DNA of 64,000 nt. It comes from Selaginella moellendorffii. Lineage: Eukaryota; Plantae; Lycopodiophyta. Within the stretch, counting starts at the first letter, position 1, and each line of letters begins with the position of its first letter. Shown in pieces: positions 59,537 to 64,000 of the stretch. The stretch covers positions 1,372,374 through 1,436,373 of the forward strand of contig NW_003314272.1 of NCBI RefSeq assembly GCF_000143415.4. Reading direction: 5' to 3'. Below the pieces are notes generated by a model, which was not told where the DNA came from, did no database searches, and was given only the letters and a program-made list of their open reading frames with translations. The position numbers were made by a program, and so were the translations under genes.

Positions 59537-60509
59537 AGCTGCTCGTCGTCATATAGTCATATAGCGGCGAGATTCAGAGCCACAGCCAAGAGCCTATGAT
59601 ATATGTGCTAGCTGTAAGCTAGATTACGTTTTCAAATTTGTAGTACTTCCGATTCGCTCAGTGCCAAAGTTCTAACTAAACGATGAAAACACAAAATGAA
59701 AGTGATCACGAGATCGGCCTATGAGAACATTCTTCGAAACCCACTTACCCGAGCCGGACTGATAGCAATCTTTTCATTGCCGAGGTCGCCGATGTTCTCA
59801 ACTTTCATCGCCTTCCATCGCGAAAGTAGCTCGTGGCTCCCGATCCACCTTTAACATTTTGAGTTGTTGCATCACCAGTGGAAGACGGTGGAGCCGTAGA
59901 TTCGTGAGCAGCTCCTTGGCCACCAGCCTCTCGACGCTCGAGTAGATGTTTGCCATGGCTCCAGATGGCTGTTACCCGAGAGCTTGAGCACGATGATATC
60001 AGAAAGCCTAATAGTGCTGGGCTAGTATATTAAATCGCCAGAAAATGTGATGACTCTATACACTCTCAAGCTCTCCCCGATAACGTGGTATCCCATGCCT
60101 GGAGCGCATTGGCTCGAGCAAGCCTTCCCAACGTTCTCAGGAGAGCCCATGCTATCGAAGCAAAGGGACAACCACTACTGCTGAACAAACATATTCATTT
60201 CCATTTCTTTGTTTCTACTTTTTCTGATATGGGCGGGATCCAATGATCTGACTCACCAAAGTTGAAAAACCAAAAAAAGGCTCACCCGATCAAATATTTC
60301 CAAGCAGACATCTGTGATCTAGCGAACTGTTTCAGCAGCTCTAGCACCTACAAACATGGCAGTTCCCGTTGACCACCAAAACTTTTATGAAAGTTCAGAG
60401 CATCGGAAACGTGGAGATCATCGGTTGGGATAAGATGTTAATACTGATCCACTAAAGTGAACTAATATACTCGAAAAGTTATGAAAGAATATTACAAGTG
60501 ATTTAATCC

Positions 60510-61406
60510 TACATACCAAATAGTTGGTGTTAATAAATCCACATTTGGGTCCGAATGGTAGAATGAAGTGGCTTCTGGATGTAGAAACCAAGTCCCATGG
60601 AATGGTTCACCGTTCAGCAGCGGATTGTCAAGCCCATGGCCAGCGGAGATGTCCAGATGTAAAACAAGGATACCATGTTGCATAGTCCACCAGGTCTTTG
60701 TTCCCAGTTTCCTCGCCCATCTTCATCAGCTTCTTTTGGAGTTGAAGGATCTTGGCTTCGGTCTCCTGGATCATTTTGCATACTTTGTCGACAGCCTCTT
60801 GAAAGCTTGCATTATTCGGGCTGTGGCAAAAGATGACACAGAGATAGTTGTGGAAGCACTTGATTTTCATCTCGTGTCGGAAGGAGAAGAGAACATGATC
60901 AGCCACTGCGTTGACAAATGCTACAAAATCTGGAGATTCAACCATACCCTTATCCAGCTTGAGATCCATGCAAAACTCACACATAATACCTCCGGCTCCT
61001 TCAACGAAAACTGTCCCTCTCCGGAGCAACTGATATTTCTCGAGACTTGGGATGGATTTGGCAGATCGCAAAGAGGCCTCCTCCACCAAAGAATCCAGAA
61101 ATGTTTTCAAACAAATCATATAGCGAGCAAACAGTGGGGGATCCATGAGACTCCGAAAGCTCGACATCACCTTCTCAAACATGGCATAGCTAGGATGCTT
61201 CTGCTTCTCTTTTTCACTCAAGACATAGCTTCCCTTAGCAACTTCAAGCAGAATATCAGCAGCTTTTGTCCCCTCTTGCTCATTGATTGTCTCAGCAATG
61301 TCATCCAGAACAAAAAGACTTTTGTCCCCTCAATTGGTGGAGGTGCTGCTCCTTGCCCAACTTGGGTGATGGCTCTCAAGCATAGAATTTGAGACAAGCT
61401 CGCTAT
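60510..61406 (-). pseudogene. MTPSL relic, copy C (longest open frame; keeps DDxxE)
   Basis: LFVLDDIAE (DDIAE at 61305-61291) is in frame with the 60628-61221 ORF. The NSE core and WxxxxxRY are deleted and the start codon is ATA. Confidence 0.85.
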
Positions 61407-63214
61407 AAACTTCCCTACATAGAAAAAAAGGGGGAAAAACCATTCACTCCATCGAGAAAGGAAGAAAAAGTCCGAAGGATGATGCTAATTTGGAAGATTT
61501 TTAGAATATTCAAGTATATAAATAGGAAATATTATCAAAAACAATCTAGCAATATTATCAAAAAACACATTTTTATCTATTCAATTTTCATTTCAGTTGT
61601 TAAAATTTTAATTTCATTTCCAACCACAATTCCAATATTTAGGTTGAATTGTTTTTAGTATAGCTATTGAAATTATTTAGTAATAATATTCACTCAACTC
61701 CTATCAAACATTTTTTATTTTGTATTATAAATTCCTAAAAACAAGAAAGACATTTATAGCTTTTATTCTTTTAAATGTATTTATGATAAAATTAAATTAG
61801 CTTACTTTTTCTATTTTAATTTCTTAGATCAGATTTAAAAATTACAGTACTTCTTCATTTTAAAACGTTAAGCTGATTATGTGTATTTGTTGTCCACCAA
61901 ACTTTATTAAGTACTTTTTCTTAGTTTCAAACATTTTATATTGTTGGAAATGTGATAATTAAAATTTTTAAAAAGCTTTTTTAATAGATTACACTACTTT
62001 TTTCTCTTGGTATATAAAGCAATGTAACAACATATTGAAGAATAAATACACAAACACCATAATAGTTTACAATATTATTTAATTTCGATAAGATATTTAT
62101 TCGTGAATATTATAATTTGATTTTACATTTAATATTTAAGATTTTCAAAGTAAAATCACAACCATTTTTAATATGATTTCTAACATACTTATCAAATATA
62201 CTTTTCATAAAACAGTGAAAAGGTTTAACAAATAATAAATATTCAACACATTTCTGTTTTTATTAATTCTACATTTATCATTATAAAATTAATAATATCA
62301 TTCATATATATAATGACTAAGTTTCTAAAACTTTTCATTTTTCAAACCATGGTTTTATGGTCTCAATAATTATTATATTAAAGATTTAGTGTGTACAATT
62401 CAGGTTAATTTATCATATTTTGGTGATGTTTATATGACTCAAAAGTATAAGCAATAAATCTATTTATAACAAACATCTCTAATCCTCATGAATGGGAATA
62501 TTCTATTTTTATTTTAATGTATTCTGGCATAAAGAAGAAGATGATAATATATACTTTTGGAACCTATGCTTTAATTTCTAGAAATAGCTATGAAAACCTA
62601 ATTTATTTGTATGGTATAAAAGAGTCATTCGTGAATTAGACATTTAAACTATATGTTCTTATATCCATTGTGACAATATTTCCAAATTTCTTCTTAAAGC
62701 TTTGTATATTAATATTATAAATCTCTCTCACCAAAATAGAAAATGAATGAGTTTAAACAATAATCTTATTCTTCTTAATAAAAATATAATATTAAGAGTT
62801 AATTTTACTGAGTAACAATGCATTGTGCCCAGAGGTAATAAACTGAACCTAAAAATAAATTTATACTTTTGTGTTTGAGGAAGTTATTGTACACCTATTG
62901 TTCTATGTGAGTCAGTGTTTCTATTACACTAAATATGATTTTAGAATTGCATTGAAAATAGTTAATTAAGAAGACTATCAAAAACCATAAAAAACTATAA
63001 ACTTGAAGCATTTGAAATTTCATATTGTACTATTGATATTGTTTTTCATTTATTTTTTCCATATTTGCTTCAAATAATTGGTGATATTTACTAGTTTATA
63101 TAAGGTATTCATCTTGTATTATAATTGTTGCATTTGTTAATATTTATATTTTATAAACCTGTGTAAAGAATATACGTAGAATATCCAAAAGTATTTAAAT
63201 ATTCACCACTGCTC

Positions 63215-63555
63215 TTAACAAGCAGGACGAGTTCTTGCAAAAGATTGTCAACGATCACAAGGAGACGGCACGGGAATGCAAGGTCTTCCTTGATATCATG
63301 CTCGAGTTCTACAGAGCAAATACCCAGGGAGAAACAAAGAGTTCTTGCTAGTTTGTGATTACAATAACTTTCATTCCTGCTTATGGCTGCACCTGATACA
63401 TCTGCCACCACAAGCGAGTGGCTCATGGCCTCGGTGATGCACAATCCTCAGGTTTTGATCAAACTCCAGGAAGAGCTTGACAGAGCCGTAGGTGGCAACC
63501 GAATGGTCCAAGAATCTGACCTGACATTGGTGAATGCTTGGGCCGTCCACATGGA
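63215..63555 (+). pseudogene. Inverted P450 fragment, unit C
   Basis: Homologous to 21965-22295. Confidence 0.9.
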
Positions 63556-63815
63556 TCAACAATGAGCATGTGCATTGTATGTTACTTGGGGGTATTTTTA
63601 TCCTATTGATATTGAGCATTTGAAAATAAATACTAAAAACTCATAAACTTTTAGGATGTTTATGAAGAATATAAATTCACATTGAAAATCTCAAGAAAGA
63701 GAAATGAAATTTGGTTGTGGATGTTGTGGTTGATGATGCACCAATTTAAAGTTTTAAAATTTCTTATTGATTTTTAGTTATAAACCTAATATAAAAAAAC
63801 TTTCCCTTTATTGTT

Positions 63816-64000
63816 TTACTTGATCTCAGCTGACCCATAGACTTCCATCGGCAGCCTTGGAGTGGCCATGGCTTGCAGCGGAGTCTTGAGGTAGCAAGAG
63901 CCATTGTAAACCTCCTCTATGGATGGTATTGTCCCTGGCACAAAGCTCCAATCAAAGCAGTGAATGAGATTGGCCACCAGCAGCTCCACTGTTCGCAATC
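63816..64000 (-). CDS. 3' end of P450 copy 3 (continues beyond the window)
   Basis: RTVELLVANLIHCFDW..KTPLQAMATPRLPMEVYGSAEIK; intactness cannot be judged. Confidence 0.85.
   Translation of the reverse strand, partial: LRTVELLVANLIHCFDWSFVPGTIPSIEEVYNGSCYLKTPLQAMATPRLPMEVYGSAEIK

Larger units (their letters stand above)
54327..60321 (-). repeat. Right arm of the near-identical large inverted repeat
   Basis: Mirror of 46745-53055 apart from lesions at 55220-56200 and the N gap. Confidence 0.95.

Noticed and set aside
60568-61392. 274-aa plus-strand ORF as a gene
   Set aside because: It is antisense to the MTPSL relic, has no recognisable motifs and is broken in the other copies.

Overview
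Eukaryotic land-plant DNA, most likely a lycophyte such as Selaginella. This is inferred from a microbial-type terpene synthase (MTPSL) family, PLS-DYW PPR genes and a 49-nt intron. The window is an amplified module of LRR receptor-like protein, PPR-DYW, MTPSL, AT-rich spacer, inverted P450 fragment, CYP71-clan P450 and an unassigned relic. It occurs as a partial unit 0 (1-8820), unit A (about 9490-26088), an inverted unit B (26089-54261) and a direct unit C (54262 to the window end), giving a direct-inverted-direct triplication. B and C form a near-identical palindrome with ~6 kb arms, and its fold-back point maps exactly to the end of a MITE seen in unit A. Apparently intact genes are two P450s (Thr-to-Ala in the I-helix), a METTL21-like methyltransferase and one long LRR ORF that has lost its TM frame. 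All MTPSL and PPR copies are broken, with complementary lesions. Transposons are a Ty1/copia in the unit A PPR, two Ty3/gypsy copies with a GGGAAAC plus pseudoknot -1 frameshift signal and a tRNA-Ala PBS, and a young non-autonomous LTR element with an internal minisatellite nested in one gypsy. The most interesting candidate system is the repeated MTPSL + P450 pair linked to an immune-type receptor. All alignments and counts were made by eye.
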